From: a bacterium
Lineage (GTDB): Archaea > Thermoplasmatota > E2 > JACPAO01 > JAHFTW01
Direction of reading: 5' to 3'
DNA: 64,000 bases
Assembly (NCBI GenBank): GCA_040390065.1
Contig: JAZJZE010000010.1
Coordinates: 1 to 64,000, forward strand
Shown here piece after piece: positions 1 through 9,273 of this stretch (within the stretch, counting starts at the first letter, position 1; every line of letters begins with the position of its first letter). The notes beneath the pieces are model-generated. The model was not told the DNA's origin and searched no databases. It worked only from the letters and a program-made list of their open reading frames with translations. The position numbers and the translations under genes were made by a program.

Positions 1-333
1 GCGGCAGCCGAAGCTCTTGAGGCCGTCGGAGACGCGGCGGTCGGGCTTGGCGACCTTGAACATGGCCTCCTTGCCGGTGTGGTCCGGGATCGCCTGGACG
101 GCGCCCTCGCGCAGGGCCTTGCGCAGGGCGTCGTCCTCGGCGTTGCGGAGCTCCTCGGCCGTGGACTCGCGCAGTTCGCGCGCGGAGACCTCGCCGCGCA
201 GGGCGCGCGGCAGGGTGGGGCGCACGAGGTCCACGACCGGGGAGTAGACGACCTCCCAGAGCAGGCGGTCGACCGCCGCGAGCAGCTCGCGGTAGTCGGA
301 CTCCTGCAGCTCCTGGCCCTCGAGCGTCTTCAT
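1..333 (-). CDS. Probable minor head (MuF/SPP1 gp7-like) protein, N-terminal part, runs off window start
   Basis: ATG at 333 gives MKTLEGQELQESDYRELLAAVDRLLWEVVY..., open to base 1. Product assigned only from its position after the portal. Confidence 0.5.
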   Translation of the reverse strand, partial: MKTLEGQELQESDYRELLAAVDRLLWEVVYSPVVDLVRPTLPRALRGEVSARELRESTAEELRNAEDDALRKALREGAVQAIPDHTGKEAMFKVAKPDRRVSDGLKSFGCR

Positions 334-336
334 GCT

Positions 337-549
337 TTACGGGCGGGGGGACCCGACGGCGATGGTGAACGTGAAGAAGCCGGCGGCGTTCGCGGCGCGC
401 GTCCTGTCCACCCAGGTCCCCTCGTACTCCCGGGCGAGCTTGTCCGCCAGGCGCTGCGCGGTGGCGCGCTCGGGCCCCGTGGCCCCGCTGCCCTCGGCCG
501 CCGTGGCCCGTAGCGCGCGCACTTTGCGGCGGGCGTTCTCGCTGGTCAG
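337..549 (-). CDS. Small DUF2786-like protein
   Basis: RRKVRALRATA...GATGPERATAQRLADKLAREY resembles the DUF2786 helical hairpin. Probable CTG start overlaps the upstream TGA. Confidence 0.4.
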   Translation of the reverse strand: MTSENARRKVRALRATAAEGSGATGPERATAQRLADKLAREYEGTWVDRTRAANAAGFFTFTIAVGSPRP

Positions 550-944
550 GCGCGCGCCCCGTTCGGCATTACGATGCGGGACTTGGCCGCCAGCCCCTGG
601 ATGCGCTGCATGACCTGGCTCTGGGTGAGCATCGAAATGGCCACGGCGAGGATGCCGCGGTGGACCATGGGCGGCGCGTCGGTGAGTACCGCGACGAGGT
701 CGGTCTCGAAGCTGTACTCGAGGTAGACGACGTGCTTGGCCGGGTCCTTCTGCGGCACGACGCACGGCTCGGCGACCGTCTGCGCGAGCGTCAGGACGCT
801 GGCCAGGACGATAGTGGGCGTGCGCGAGCGCATCACCAGGCTGCTCGTGGCCACGGTGTACTCGAGCTCGATGCTGACCGTCTTCTCAGGCGTCTCCGCC
901 GGCGTCGTCTCGCTTCCCGTCACCGTCTCCTTTGCCTGCTCCAT
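546..944 (-). CDS. Hypothetical protein
   Basis: 132-aa ORF with a G-rich RBS, overlapping the portal 3' end. Confidence 0.55.
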   Translation of the reverse strand: MEQAKETVTGSETTPAETPEKTVSIELEYTVATSSLVMRSRTPTIVLASVLTLAQTVAEPCVVPQKDPAKHVVYLEYSFETDLVAVLTDAPPMVHRGILAVAISMLTQSQVMQRIQGLAAKSRIVMPNGARA

Positions 945-2379
945 CGCTCTCCCCCCCTTCCGGCTTGTCGGCGAACATCTGCTCGGTCGTCGGGACCTCC
1001 GGATTCATCGGTAGGAGGCCCTGCTGCGCCTTGGTCTGGATCGAGATCAGCTTGTGCTTGTGGAGGAGTTCGCCGAGCTCCTTGCTGTCCAGGATCCGCT
1101 TGTCGTATAGCCGCTCGAAGCGGCTCTGCTTCTTGTCGTCGATGTCCTCCTGGTCCTTGGCCGACAGGATGCGCAGGGGCTTGAACTCGAAGGCGATGTC
1201 GTACTCGCGGCCCCAGACGGCGAACATCATGAGGCGGAGCATCTTGCGGATGATGGGGCGCGCGGGGCTGCGCACGCGCGAGGTGATCATGGCGTTGTAG
1301 TTCTCCATGTCGTCCTCGCCGGAGTTGGAGAGGCCGCCGCTGCCGGCGGTGGTGCCGAACAGCTTGGAGAAGGGCATGCGGGTGGCGCAGGAGATGCCGA
1401 TGCGGTTCTCGCGCATGACGTCGGCGAGGCCGGAGAAGCTGTTGGTGACGACCTTGTAGTCGTCCTCGCTGTCGAGGAGGAGGGCGTTCTGGAAGTTCTT
1501 GATCTGGTTGGTGGCCTGGACGCGGGAGGTCAGGGTCTGGAGGCCGCCGGGCACGGCGAGGGTGGAGGCGAAGCCCTTGATGGCGTAGACGTCGACCTTG
1601 GCCTCGTCGAGGATGGCGTAGAGGACGTTGCGGCCGCGCAGCCAGACGTTGAAGTCCTCGACGACGGACTCGATGGCGGAGAAGCCCCAGCCGTTGAGGG
1701 TGGCGCGCAGCAGGCGCGGGGCGCGCTCGCCGCTGAGGGTGAGCACGCGCGAGGCGTCGAGCTTGTGGCCGTAGAACAGGAACGATGGCGCGGAGCGGGA
1801 GGCGCCGGAGAACTCCCAGCGGTCGGCGTCGTACAGCTCGAGGTTGCCTTTCTTGAGGTCTTGCGGGTCGAGGGGCTTCTCGTCGTCCTGGCCGGAGTTG
1901 ATGACGAGGCCGCCGCCGCCGAAGAGGCGGGTCCAGCGCTGGCCGAACCGGACACTCTCCCAGATTCCCTTCTCCTCGAGGAAGTCCTCCAGCTCGCCGA
2001 TGCCTTCCTCGCCCAGCTCCTTGGACATCAGCTCGAGGCCGCCGCGCCAGGCGTCCTCGATGGGCTCGACGATGAGGGTGCGGATGATGCCGTGGGTCTT
2101 GAACAAGTAGGAGAGCAGGGTGAAGTTGACGGTGAGCGGGGCGTAGATGTTGGACGTGAACATCGGGGTCATGCTCGTGATGTTGTCCTGGCCCTGGCCT
2201 TGGCTCAGAGCGGCCGCCAGGCCCTCGAGGCTGTTCTCCATCTGGCCGCGGCGCTGGGCGAGCGACTCGCGCAGGAGGCCGACGCGCTCGCGCAGCTGGG
2301 CGTTGGACAGCTCGCCGACTGGAGCGCTACGCACGGGCTGGCCGTTGGGGCCGACGATCTGGGCGTGGACCTCTTTCAT
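886..2379 (-). CDS. Portal protein (DUF1073/HI1409 type)
   Basis: 497 aa downstream of terminase. Motifs WTRLFGGGGLVIN, ATRMPFSKLFG...GLSNSGEDDMENY and FEFKPL are typical of this portal family. Confidence 0.88.
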   Translation of the reverse strand: MKEVHAQIVGPNGQPVRSAPVGELSNAQLRERVGLLRESLAQRRGQMENSLEGLAAALSQGQGQDNITSMTPMFTSNIYAPLTVNFTLLSYLFKTHGIIRTLIVEPIEDAWRGGLELMSKELGEEGIGELEDFLEEKGIWESVRFGQRWTRLFGGGGLVINSGQDDEKPLDPQDLKKGNLELYDADRWEFSGASRSAPSFLFYGHKLDASRVLTLSGERAPRLLRATLNGWGFSAIESVVEDFNVWLRGRNVLYAILDEAKVDVYAIKGFASTLAVPGGLQTLTSRVQATNQIKNFQNALLLDSEDDYKVVTNSFSGLADVMRENRIGISCATRMPFSKLFGTTAGSGGLSNSGEDDMENYNAMITSRVRSPARPIIRKMLRLMMFAVWGREYDIAFEFKPLRILSAKDQEDIDDKKQSRFERLYDKRILDSKELGELLHKHKLISIQTKAQQGLLPMNPEVPTTEQMFADKPEGGESDGAGKGDGDGKRDDAGGDA

Positions 2380-2392
2380 GCGCCTCCGTAAC

Positions 2393-3244
2393 TCACGGCG
2401 CCACCGGGTAGAAGTAGGCCGCCGGCGAGAACGGGCCGCCCAGGCCCTGCAGCGGGCTCGTGCTGTTGACGACGCAGGCCTGGTTCCTGCTGCAGCCGCC
2501 GTTGGCCCAGCCGGCGAAGCGATATCCGGCGGCGGCGGCGGTCGTGAGGGTGACGGCGCCGAGCGGGGTGAAGGTGGAGCGGCAGACGCCTGGGCAGGCG
2601 ATGCCGGCCGGGATGCTCGTGACGGTGCCGCCGCCGTTGGGGATCAGCACGGCGAGCGTGAAGGTGCTGCCAGCGGCCGGGACGAAGGTGGCCGTGATCG
2701 CCTCGTAGGAGTTGAGCGTGACCGTGCAGGTGCTGGCGGTGTCGCATCCGCCGTCGCCGGACCAGCCCGTGAAGGACGAGGCGGTGCCGGTGCTCTCGCG
2801 CATAATGATCGTGCTGCCGGTCGGGTAGACGTAGGAGCGCGTCGCGGCGCTGCCCGAGCTGGCGAAGACCGGCTGGCTCAATATGCTCACGGCGCCGAGG
2901 CCGGTGCCGGCGATGGCGACGTCGAGCAGCGGGGCGAATGTCGCCGACATGGACGTGTTGGCTGACAGGCGGATCGTGCAGGAGCGGAGGTTGCTGCGGC
3001 ACGGCGCGCTCCAGCCGATGAAGGTCATTGTGCTCGGGGCGACCTCGCCCACGGTCACGGTCGAGCCAGCGGCGAAGGCGGCGGAGCATGTGCCGGGGCA
3101 GACGATGCCGCTGGGGGTGCTGGTGACGATGGCGGACGGCGTGACGGGGCCCGCGGTCGAGATCGTGAGCGTGAATGTGGCGCGAGCCGGCGCGGCGAGC
3201 AGGAGCAGGGCGACGAAATTGAGCACGCTGTCCCGGGCTTTCAC
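2393..3244 (-). CDS. Exported protein with three InlB-B-like (Flg_new_2) repeats
   Basis: GTG start overlaps the upstream TGA. Signal-like FVALLLLAAPARA. Three repeats with V-T-L...F-x-G-W-S...C...C-T-V...ATF (two preceded by S-x-P-x-GI-x-C-PG-x-C). Confidence 0.7.
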   Translation of the reverse strand: MKARDSVLNFVALLLLAAPARATFTLTISTAGPVTPSAIVTSTPSGIVCPGTCSAAFAAGSTVTVGEVAPSTMTFIGWSAPCRSNLRSCTIRLSANTSMSATFAPLLDVAIAGTGLGAVSILSQPVFASSGSAATRSYVYPTGSTIIMRESTGTASSFTGWSGDGGCDTASTCTVTLNSYEAITATFVPAAGSTFTLAVLIPNGGGTVTSIPAGIACPGVCRSTFTPLGAVTLTTAAAAGYRFAGWANGGCSRNQACVVNSTSPLQGLGGPFSPAAYFYPVAP

Positions 3245-3525
3245 CGGGGCCTCCGTGGCGCGTGTCCCACGGTGCTGTCTTTGCCGGAGTCGGTGACATC
3301 GGCGCTCTCGCGCCTTGTACACGGCCTTTCCGACAACGGCAAATATGCGGACGTTCGCTCCGTATAGGCGATGGCGTCCCAGTGGTAGATCGGCTCGGGC
3401 GCGAAGCCGGCGACCTTGACCGCGAACTCGGCGCGCTGGATCACGGGCTTGGCCGCCTCGCCGGGCGGGACGAGCACGCCGGCGTCGTTGGCCTTCCAGT
3501 CGTCGCCGGGCTTGGCGTCGCTCAT
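3241..3525 (-). CDS. Hypothetical protein
   Basis: 94-aa ORF coupled by 4-bp overlaps to both neighbours. Confidence 0.5.
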   Translation of the reverse strand: MSDAKPGDDWKANDAGVLVPPGEAAKPVIQRAEFAVKVAGFAPEPIYHWDAIAYTERTSAYLPLSERPCTRRESADVTDSGKDSTVGHAPRRPR

Positions 3526-5153
3526 GCGCGCACCCGCGGCGCGGCCTTGACCCAGGAGGCCATGCTGGGGCCGCCGTCGTCGAGGCCGAGGAAGATGGCG
3601 TCGCGGCCGTCGTCGTGGGTGGGCTTGTTGGTGGTCAGCTGGTACTCGATCTGCTCGAGCGTCAGGCGGTCGATCTCCTGGTTGATGAAGACGCGGCCGT
3701 TCTGGAAGTAGACCTGGTGGCGCTCGAGGTTGAGCATCTTGTCGGCGACGTGGTCGACGGAGTCCACCGGCACGCCGACGGCGGCCTTGAGCAGCGTGGC
3801 GAAGTCGTCAAAGCCGGCGATGCCCTCGGCGGTGAGGCGTCGCACGCGGCGATCAGGGCGGCTCGTCGTCACGAACTCCTTGGCGGTGTTGATGCGCTCC
3901 TGCAGGCCGAGGCGCTCCATGAGTAGGGAGTCGATGAAGTAGACGGGCAGGGCGCCCGGGAGGTTGCGCGGCTGCAGCTTCCAGATGCGCACGAATCCGG
4001 CGGGGTCGCCGGTGCCGGCCTTCTTGGCGGGGCCGGCGCCCTGCTGCTTCTTGCCGAGGCTGGGGTCGATGCAGACGCGGACGTCGAGCAGGCTGTACGG
4101 ATCGGCGGCGTTGTCGCAGCGGAAGTCGGAGGCGGGGCGGCGCCAGCTGGCGAGCCAGGCCCGCTTGATGATGCTCTCCTTGTCGGAGCCGCGCTTCATC
4201 TCCATCTCGCGCTCGTAGGAGGCGTCGCCCATGCTGGCGCGCTCGCGGGCGAGGTCGATGGCGCTGTTCAGCTCGGGCCAGAGCGGGGTGCCGTCCTCGT
4301 TGGTGGCGGTGAAGCGCTTGAACGTGAAGTTCGGGTCCTTCTCGAGGCGGTAGAGGGCGTCCTGCTCGTTGATGGCGGTGCCCTGGACGTTGAACTTCGA
4401 CAGCGGGCGCGTCTTGTTGCGGGCGGGAAAGAGGGTCGACCAGAACCACTCGGTCTTCTTGCGGGCGGCCTCGGGGTTGTAGATGTCGTCCTCGTCGTAG
4501 AGGTCGTCGAGGTTGATCCAGTCGGGGCGGACGGTGCGGTACTGGATGCCGCGGATGCTGGTGCCGGCGCCGACGGCGGTGAAGCAGACGCCGTTGCGCA
4601 GGACGAACTGGGAGTTGTTCCAGACGACGGCGCCGCGCTGGTCGCCGTAGATCGCGCGGATGACCTGGTTCTCCTCGATCTCGAGCTTGATGGCGATGTT
4701 GACGGCGTCGGCCTTGGTGCCGTTGGACTGGATGATGAGGTAGTGGCGGTAGGTGTCGGGCTCGACGAGCGACTGGTAGAGCGGGATCCCGATGAGGCCG
4801 ACGGTGGTCTTGGAGTGGCCGCGCGGGGCCTCGAGGGCGGTCCACGGGACGTGGCGCTGCGCGACCTGCCAGCGGTGCATGTCGCAGAAGGCCAGCGGGA
4901 AGCTGTCGGGCATGACGGCCGCGAGCCAGCCTAGGACGTCTCCGGCGGCCGCGCAGGCACGCGCCTTGGCGATGCGCGCGTGGAGGTTCGCCTCGAGGAC
5001 CTGCTCGAGCGTCCAGGTGCTGGGGTCGGGGAAGGCGGGCAGCGCGGCCGCGGCGGCCTCGGCCTTCGGGCGCGGCGTCGGTGCCGGATCCTCGGCGCGG
5101 ACGCTGCCGGTCAGAGAGAGCGCGGCCAGGGCGGCTAGGAGGGCGGCTCTCAT
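3522..5153 (-). CDS. terL: Terminase large subunit
   Basis: Walker A-like APRGHSKTT, Walker B WINLDD, coupling motif QGT, nuclease motifs CIDPS and HDDGRDA; lies between TerS and portal. Confidence 0.93.
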   Translation of the reverse strand: MRAALLAALAALSLTGSVRAEDPAPTPRPKAEAAAAALPAFPDPSTWTLEQVLEANLHARIAKARACAAAGDVLGWLAAVMPDSFPLAFCDMHRWQVAQRHVPWTALEAPRGHSKTTVGLIGIPLYQSLVEPDTYRHYLIIQSNGTKADAVNIAIKLEIEENQVIRAIYGDQRGAVVWNNSQFVLRNGVCFTAVGAGTSIRGIQYRTVRPDWINLDDLYDEDDIYNPEAARKKTEWFWSTLFPARNKTRPLSKFNVQGTAINEQDALYRLEKDPNFTFKRFTATNEDGTPLWPELNSAIDLARERASMGDASYEREMEMKRGSDKESIIKRAWLASWRRPASDFRCDNAADPYSLLDVRVCIDPSLGKKQQGAGPAKKAGTGDPAGFVRIWKLQPRNLPGALPVYFIDSLLMERLGLQERINTAKEFVTTSRPDRRVRRLTAEGIAGFDDFATLLKAAVGVPVDSVDHVADKMLNLERHQVYFQNGRVFINQEIDRLTLEQIEYQLTTNKPTHDDGRDAIFLGLDDGGPSMASWVKAAPRVRA

Positions 5154-5566
5154 GCCGGCTTCTTGAGCGCCTGGGCGGTCGCCTTGATGAACTCGTCGAG
5201 GCGCTCCGGCGTCCAGAGCGGGCCGGAGAAGTCGATGGGTGGCAGCGCCGGCGGGGGAGGCGTCGGGATGAGGGGCTTGCCCTCGGCGCCGGTCAGCACC
5301 GTCGCGGTCTTTCCGAGGAATCGGTTGACGGCCTCGACGGCGTGCTCGTGCAGGTACTTGGCGGCGAGCATCTCGGCGCCGGTGGGGTTGGAGGCGAGGA
5401 GCGCATGGAGGTCGTTCTTGTCCATCACGAGCAGGCGTGGGATCGCCTCGCGCAGCTTGTCCTCGGCCTGCTTCCAGCTCACCGACTTCTTGGGGCGGCC
5501 GCCCTTGGCGCGGCGCGGATCGTTCTTCGTAAACGGTTTTCCGGCTCCCCTGGGCTTATCGGCCAT
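5150..5566 (-). CDS. terS: Terminase small subunit
   Basis: N-terminal GKPFTKNDPR...GGRPKK and late LTGAEGKPL motif; ATGA-coupled to TerL. Confidence 0.75.
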   Translation of the reverse strand: MADKPRGAGKPFTKNDPRRAKGGRPKKSVSWKQAEDKLREAIPRLLVMDKNDLHALLASNPTGAEMLAAKYLHEHAVEAVNRFLGKTATVLTGAEGKPLIPTPPPPALPPIDFSGPLWTPERLDEFIKATAQALKKPA

Positions 5567-5606
5567 CGCTCGTTTTGCCGCTCGTTTTGTGCCAGGTCAC
5601 GCGGTG

Positions 5607-5635
5607 AGGATAGCATCCGGTCAAGCGGTCGTCAA
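5607..5635 (-). promoter_or_regulatory. Sigma70-type promoter for the packaging operon
   Basis: TTGACG-17 nt-TATCCT upstream of terS. Confidence 0.6.
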
Positions 5636-5647
5636 TAGACCGTCACG

Positions 5648-5848
5648 AAAGAACGAAGGCCGCCCGCTTCCCCCACCGAGAGAGTGCGCTGCGGCCCTTC
5701 TCGCCGTTGTCCCATACACTATGGGCGCGTCCACCTAAGCCAGTCATCGCCTTAGCGCCCGAGCCGCAGGCGTCTTCGCTTTCGCGTGTGCTGTGTCGCT
5801 CTTGGGGTCTTAACTGCCTTCGACCTGTTTCCAACCACGACGAGATCG
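5648..5848 (-). ncRNA. Putative structured ncRNA directly 3' of the tRNA
   Basis: Nested helices (5816-22/5654-60, 5761-69/5689-97, 5755-60/5723-28), a GAAA tetraloop hairpin at 5777-86 and a U-rich end; no convincing ORF. Confidence 0.5.
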
Positions 5849-5922
5849 GTGCGGAGGCTGGATTCGAACCAGCGACCTTCACGTTATGAGCGTGACGAGC
5901 TGCCTGGCTGCTCTACTCCGCG
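5849..5922 (-). tRNA. tRNA-Met(CAT), initiator-like acceptor stem, CCA not encoded
   Basis: Cloverleaf: CGCGGAG/CTCCGCA acceptor, GAGC/GCTC D stem, TCACG-CTCATAA-CGTGA anticodon arm, GCTGG-TTCGAAT-CCAGC T arm. Confidence 0.9.
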
Positions 5923-5927
5923 GCAGG

Positions 5928-5956
5928 ATGATATCAGACCGTCGAGCGCGCGTCAA
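5928..5956 (-). promoter_or_regulatory. Sigma70-type promoter for the tRNA
   Basis: TTGACG-17 nt-TATCAT; the -10 ends 5 nt before the tRNA 5' end. Confidence 0.65.
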
Positions 5957-7124
5957 TAGTGCGAACCCGGCCTCCAGCCAAAGCTTCCCTCTTTGCGGAT
6001 CATGATGGCCGGCTTCGCAGGCGGTGGGGGCGGGCCGAATATAATCTCGCTCTCGATCCGTCGATTAATCTTCTCGACCGTCTCGGCCATTGTAGGCTGG
6101 CGGGCCGCTGGTGGAATGGGGCAGCCGTCGGCGATGAACCGCGCCTCCGCTTCGGTGAGCGGCACGTCGCCGGGCCCGCCGACCATTGGCCTGCGAGCCT
6201 CGGCGCGCTCGAGCGCCCCGGGCAGGGGCTCGTCATCCGGCCGCTGGACGCGGCCGCTGGTGACGTAGCAGGCCCAGTCGAGCTGGGCGCCGTGCCAGAC
6301 CCAGCAGATGAGCGTGTGCGCCAGATAGCCGGCGACGAACGCGAGAGCGGTGCTCACAGCGGCTCCTCGTGGTCCTTGCTCGCGCCCCACCAGATGAACG
6401 TGCCGCAGACGACGACGGCGAGCAAGTACAGCGCGCCGGCGCAGAGCCATAAGATGGCTGGCGCGTGGGCGATAGTGAAGATGTGCTGGGCCCTCATCGC
6501 TCGCTCATGCGCCTGACCTGGGCCGTCAGGCGGGCGTTCTCGGCGCGGGTGGCGAGGTGCAGGCGGCGCTCCTCGTGCAGAGCGGTGACGGCCTCCTCGA
6601 TCGTGCTCGTGGTCCGGTCCAGCTCCCGCTCGGCCTTGAGCGCGCGAAGCAGGCGGCGGCGCGACTCGGCGAATGCATAGCCGTTAATTGCGAGCAGTCC
6701 GAGAGTTGTGATCAGGTTCACGATGGGCATTTGCTCGCGGCCTCCTCGAAGCAGGTGTTGCAGATGGAATTGGTCAGGCCCTCTCCTGCCGGGTCGCAGG
6801 CATGAACGCAGACGTATCGGCCGCGGCAGCGCACGCAGCGGTGGGCGTGAGCCTGGCCGGGGAAGAATGGCTTTGGAGCGGAGCCATGCCGGCGCTCGTA
6901 CCATCGCGCCGCGATCATCTTGGAGCGGCCCGGGTTCTTGCGACGCCAGGCGGTGACGCGGTGGACCTGGCGGCGGCGGTGCGCGGCGGTCGTCACGGCT
7001 TGTTCCGGTCCCGGCACACCTCTCTGTGGTTTGGATCGATCTCCTCGCTGAAGTATTCGCCACAGAGCTGGCAGAACTTCTTGATGGAGTCCTGCTCGGG
7101 CTGCTTCGCGGGTTGCTCGGCCAT

Positions 7125-8552
7125 TTACTCCTCGCGGGTCGCGGTGCGTTCGGTCGCGGTCTGCCAGCGGTGGACGATGGCGTCGACGTACTTGGGGTCC
7201 AGCTCCATGAGGCGCGCGCGGCGGCCGCTGGCCTCGGCGGCCATGAGCGTGGATCCCGAGCCGCCGAACAGATCGAGTACGATCTCTCCTGGCTTGGTGC
7301 TGTTGCGCAGCGCGATCGCAGCCAGCTCGACGGGCTTCTGGGTGGGATGGACGTAGTCCGCGCCGTTCTCGCGCGCGACCTCCCAGACGTCTGCCTCGGG
7401 CATGCCGACCTCGACGTGCAGCGTCTGGCCGGCGTCGAGGCGCACGCTGCGCGCCTTCTTGCCCTTGGCCAGGCTGGGCGTCAGCGCCAGCGTTCCGCTG
7501 CGGCCGTCGGTCACCACGAGGCCGGTGCCGAGCGTGGTGGCGACGCCGGTGCGCTTGCGCAGGCTCGCGCGCCAGACGGTGGGCTGGGCGCGATCGCCGT
7601 GCCACTTGGGCGCGTGGCCGGTCTTGGCGGCGTAGAAGCACGGCTCGTGGGACCATTGGTAGTCGGCGCGGCCGAGCACGAGCGCGTTCTTGACCCAGAG
7701 GATGTACTGGCGCTCGGAGAGGCCCGCGGCGCGCAGCGCGTCCTCGAACTCGCGGCGGGTGCTGCTGGCGTGCCAGACGTAGAAGGCGGCGGTGTCGTCG
7801 CTGAAGGCGACGGCCTGCTTGAGCGCGCCGGCGACCAGCTCGTAGAGCGCGTCGTCGCGCTTTCTGTCGCCCATGATGACGTCGTGGTTGTCGCCCTGGT
7901 AGCTCACGCCGTAGGGCGGATCCGTGAAGCACATCTGGGCGCGGTCGTGGCCCATGAGGCGATGGACGTCGGCAGCGCTCGTGCTGTCGCCGCACATGAG
8001 GCGGTGCTCGCCGAGGATCCAGACGTCGCCGCGCTTGGCCGTCGCCTTTCCTCCGGCGGTCGGGCTGCCGACGTCGTCCGCGGCGCCGCCCTCGGGCGTG
8101 GCCAGGATCGCCTCGACGTCCTCGAGGCCGAGCAGGTCGAGGTCGAAGCCTTTGACGTCGAGGCCTTTGACCAGGCGCAGGAGCGCGTCCTCCTGGAAGG
8201 CACCGCCGGCGGCGTTGGCCGCGACCATGGCGGCGGCCTCGGTCTTCTCGTCCCAGTCCACCACTCGGTAAGGCCAGGCGTTCTTGCCGCTGAGGATGCG
8301 ACCGACCGCGACCGTGCCGACGTCGTCGGCGTGCGGCTTGGTCTCGATCTTGGCGTTGGGCTGCAGGTGCTTGACGCGCTGGTGGCCGCTGACCAGGTGG
8401 CCGCTGCGGCGGTTCATCGTGATGCTCGAGAGGTCGCCGAAGGCGGCCATGGTCTTGGCCAGCTGCGCGGCGCGGCGCTCGCTGATGCTACGCGGGTTAT
8501 TCGGTGACGGCTTGAGGTCGCGCACGACGGCCGGATCCTTCTGCTTGCTCAT
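7125..8552 (-). CDS. ParB-N-domain / N6-N4 DNA methyltransferase fusion
   Basis: N-terminal LKPSPNNPR...LVSGHQRVK (ParB-like), catalytic TDPPY, HPTQKPVEL, SAM-binding LDLFGGSGSTL. Confidence 0.9.
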   Translation of the reverse strand: MSKQKDPAVVRDLKPSPNNPRSISERRAAQLAKTMAAFGDLSSITMNRRSGHLVSGHQRVKHLQPNAKIETKPHADDVGTVAVGRILSGKNAWPYRVVDWDEKTEAAAMVAANAAGGAFQEDALLRLVKGLDVKGFDLDLLGLEDVEAILATPEGGAADDVGSPTAGGKATAKRGDVWILGEHRLMCGDSTSAADVHRLMGHDRAQMCFTDPPYGVSYQGDNHDVIMGDRKRDDALYELVAGALKQAVAFSDDTAAFYVWHASSTRREFEDALRAAGLSERQYILWVKNALVLGRADYQWSHEPCFYAAKTGHAPKWHGDRAQPTVWRASLRKRTGVATTLGTGLVVTDGRSGTLALTPSLAKGKKARSVRLDAGQTLHVEVGMPEADVWEVARENGADYVHPTQKPVELAAIALRNSTKPGEIVLDLFGGSGSTLMAAEASGRRARLMELDPKYVDAIVHRWQTATERTATREE

Positions 8553-8902
8553 CGGCTCTGGCTCCTGGGTCAGTAGAACGCCGCGTATGCTGCCACGACG
8601 ATTACGGCGACGGCGAAGACGAGGACGCGCCTCATCGGATCATCCCCCTGCAGAGAGCGTACAGCGCGAGGCCGGCCACGAGCGCCGCGCAGGCGATAAA
8701 GCAGGCGACGACGCAGCCTAACTCCTCGGTCGCGTCCATGGGCTCTCTCACGCGCGAACCGCCTCGGCCGCGCGGCGCTCATCGGCTGCCTTCTTGTCGC
8801 GGATGTCCTGGGCGCGGTTGCAGTCGCGCACGATCTGCAGGCGCCTCCGCCGGTTCGCCTGGCGGCGCCTGTGGGCCAGCTGGGACGGCGTCGGCTCCGG
8901 GG

Positions 8903-9217
8903 TCACTTTCCGGCCGCGGCCCGGCGCTGCGCACGGCGCTTGCGGGCGATGGCCGCGTCGATCTCGCGGTCGATCTTGGCGAACGTCTCGGCGGCGGGAG
9001 GAACCGCGACGGGCGCTACGGCCGGCGGCGCGGGCGGGAGCACGCGCAGGACGTAGGTCAGCGCCCCGTCGCGCTGGAAGCAGACGTGGATGCCGATCTC
9101 GCGCTTGAGGCTGTCGGTGGTCGTCCACTGGGGCCGCTCGGTGCAGTCGGCCGCGCGGCGCGGCGCTCCGGCGCAGCCGGTCAGTATCGCGGCGATGATG
9201 GCGAGGTAGGATCTCAT
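8903..9217 (-). CDS. Putative lipoprotein
   Basis: MRSYLAIIAAILTG-C lipobox; first gene behind the 9245-9273 promoter. Confidence 0.6.
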   Translation of the reverse strand: MRSYLAIIAAILTGCAGAPRRAADCTERPQWTTTDSLKREIGIHVCFQRDGALTYVLRVLPPAPPAVAPVAVPPAAETFAKIDREIDAAIARKRRAQRRAAAGK

Positions 9218-9244
9218 GCGGTGCTCTCCGTTGCGTCCTAGTGG

Positions 9245-9273
9245 ATTTTATGTCAACGTCAAAAAATTGTCAA
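9245..9273 (-). promoter_or_regulatory. Near-consensus sigma70 promoter
   Basis: TTGACA-17 nt-TAAAAT with two extra TTGAC copies in the spacer. Confidence 0.7.

Noticed and set aside
886-2379. Anti-CBASS Acb1 call, often attached to DUF1073 proteins
   Set aside because: No 2H phosphoesterase domain with paired HxT motifs is visible; size and synteny indicate a plain portal.
5790-5848. Theta/HDV-like ribozyme or tmRNA after the tRNA
   Set aside because: I could not build the nested double pseudoknot or find a tmRNA tag frame and acceptor end by eye. Left as an unclassified structured RNA.
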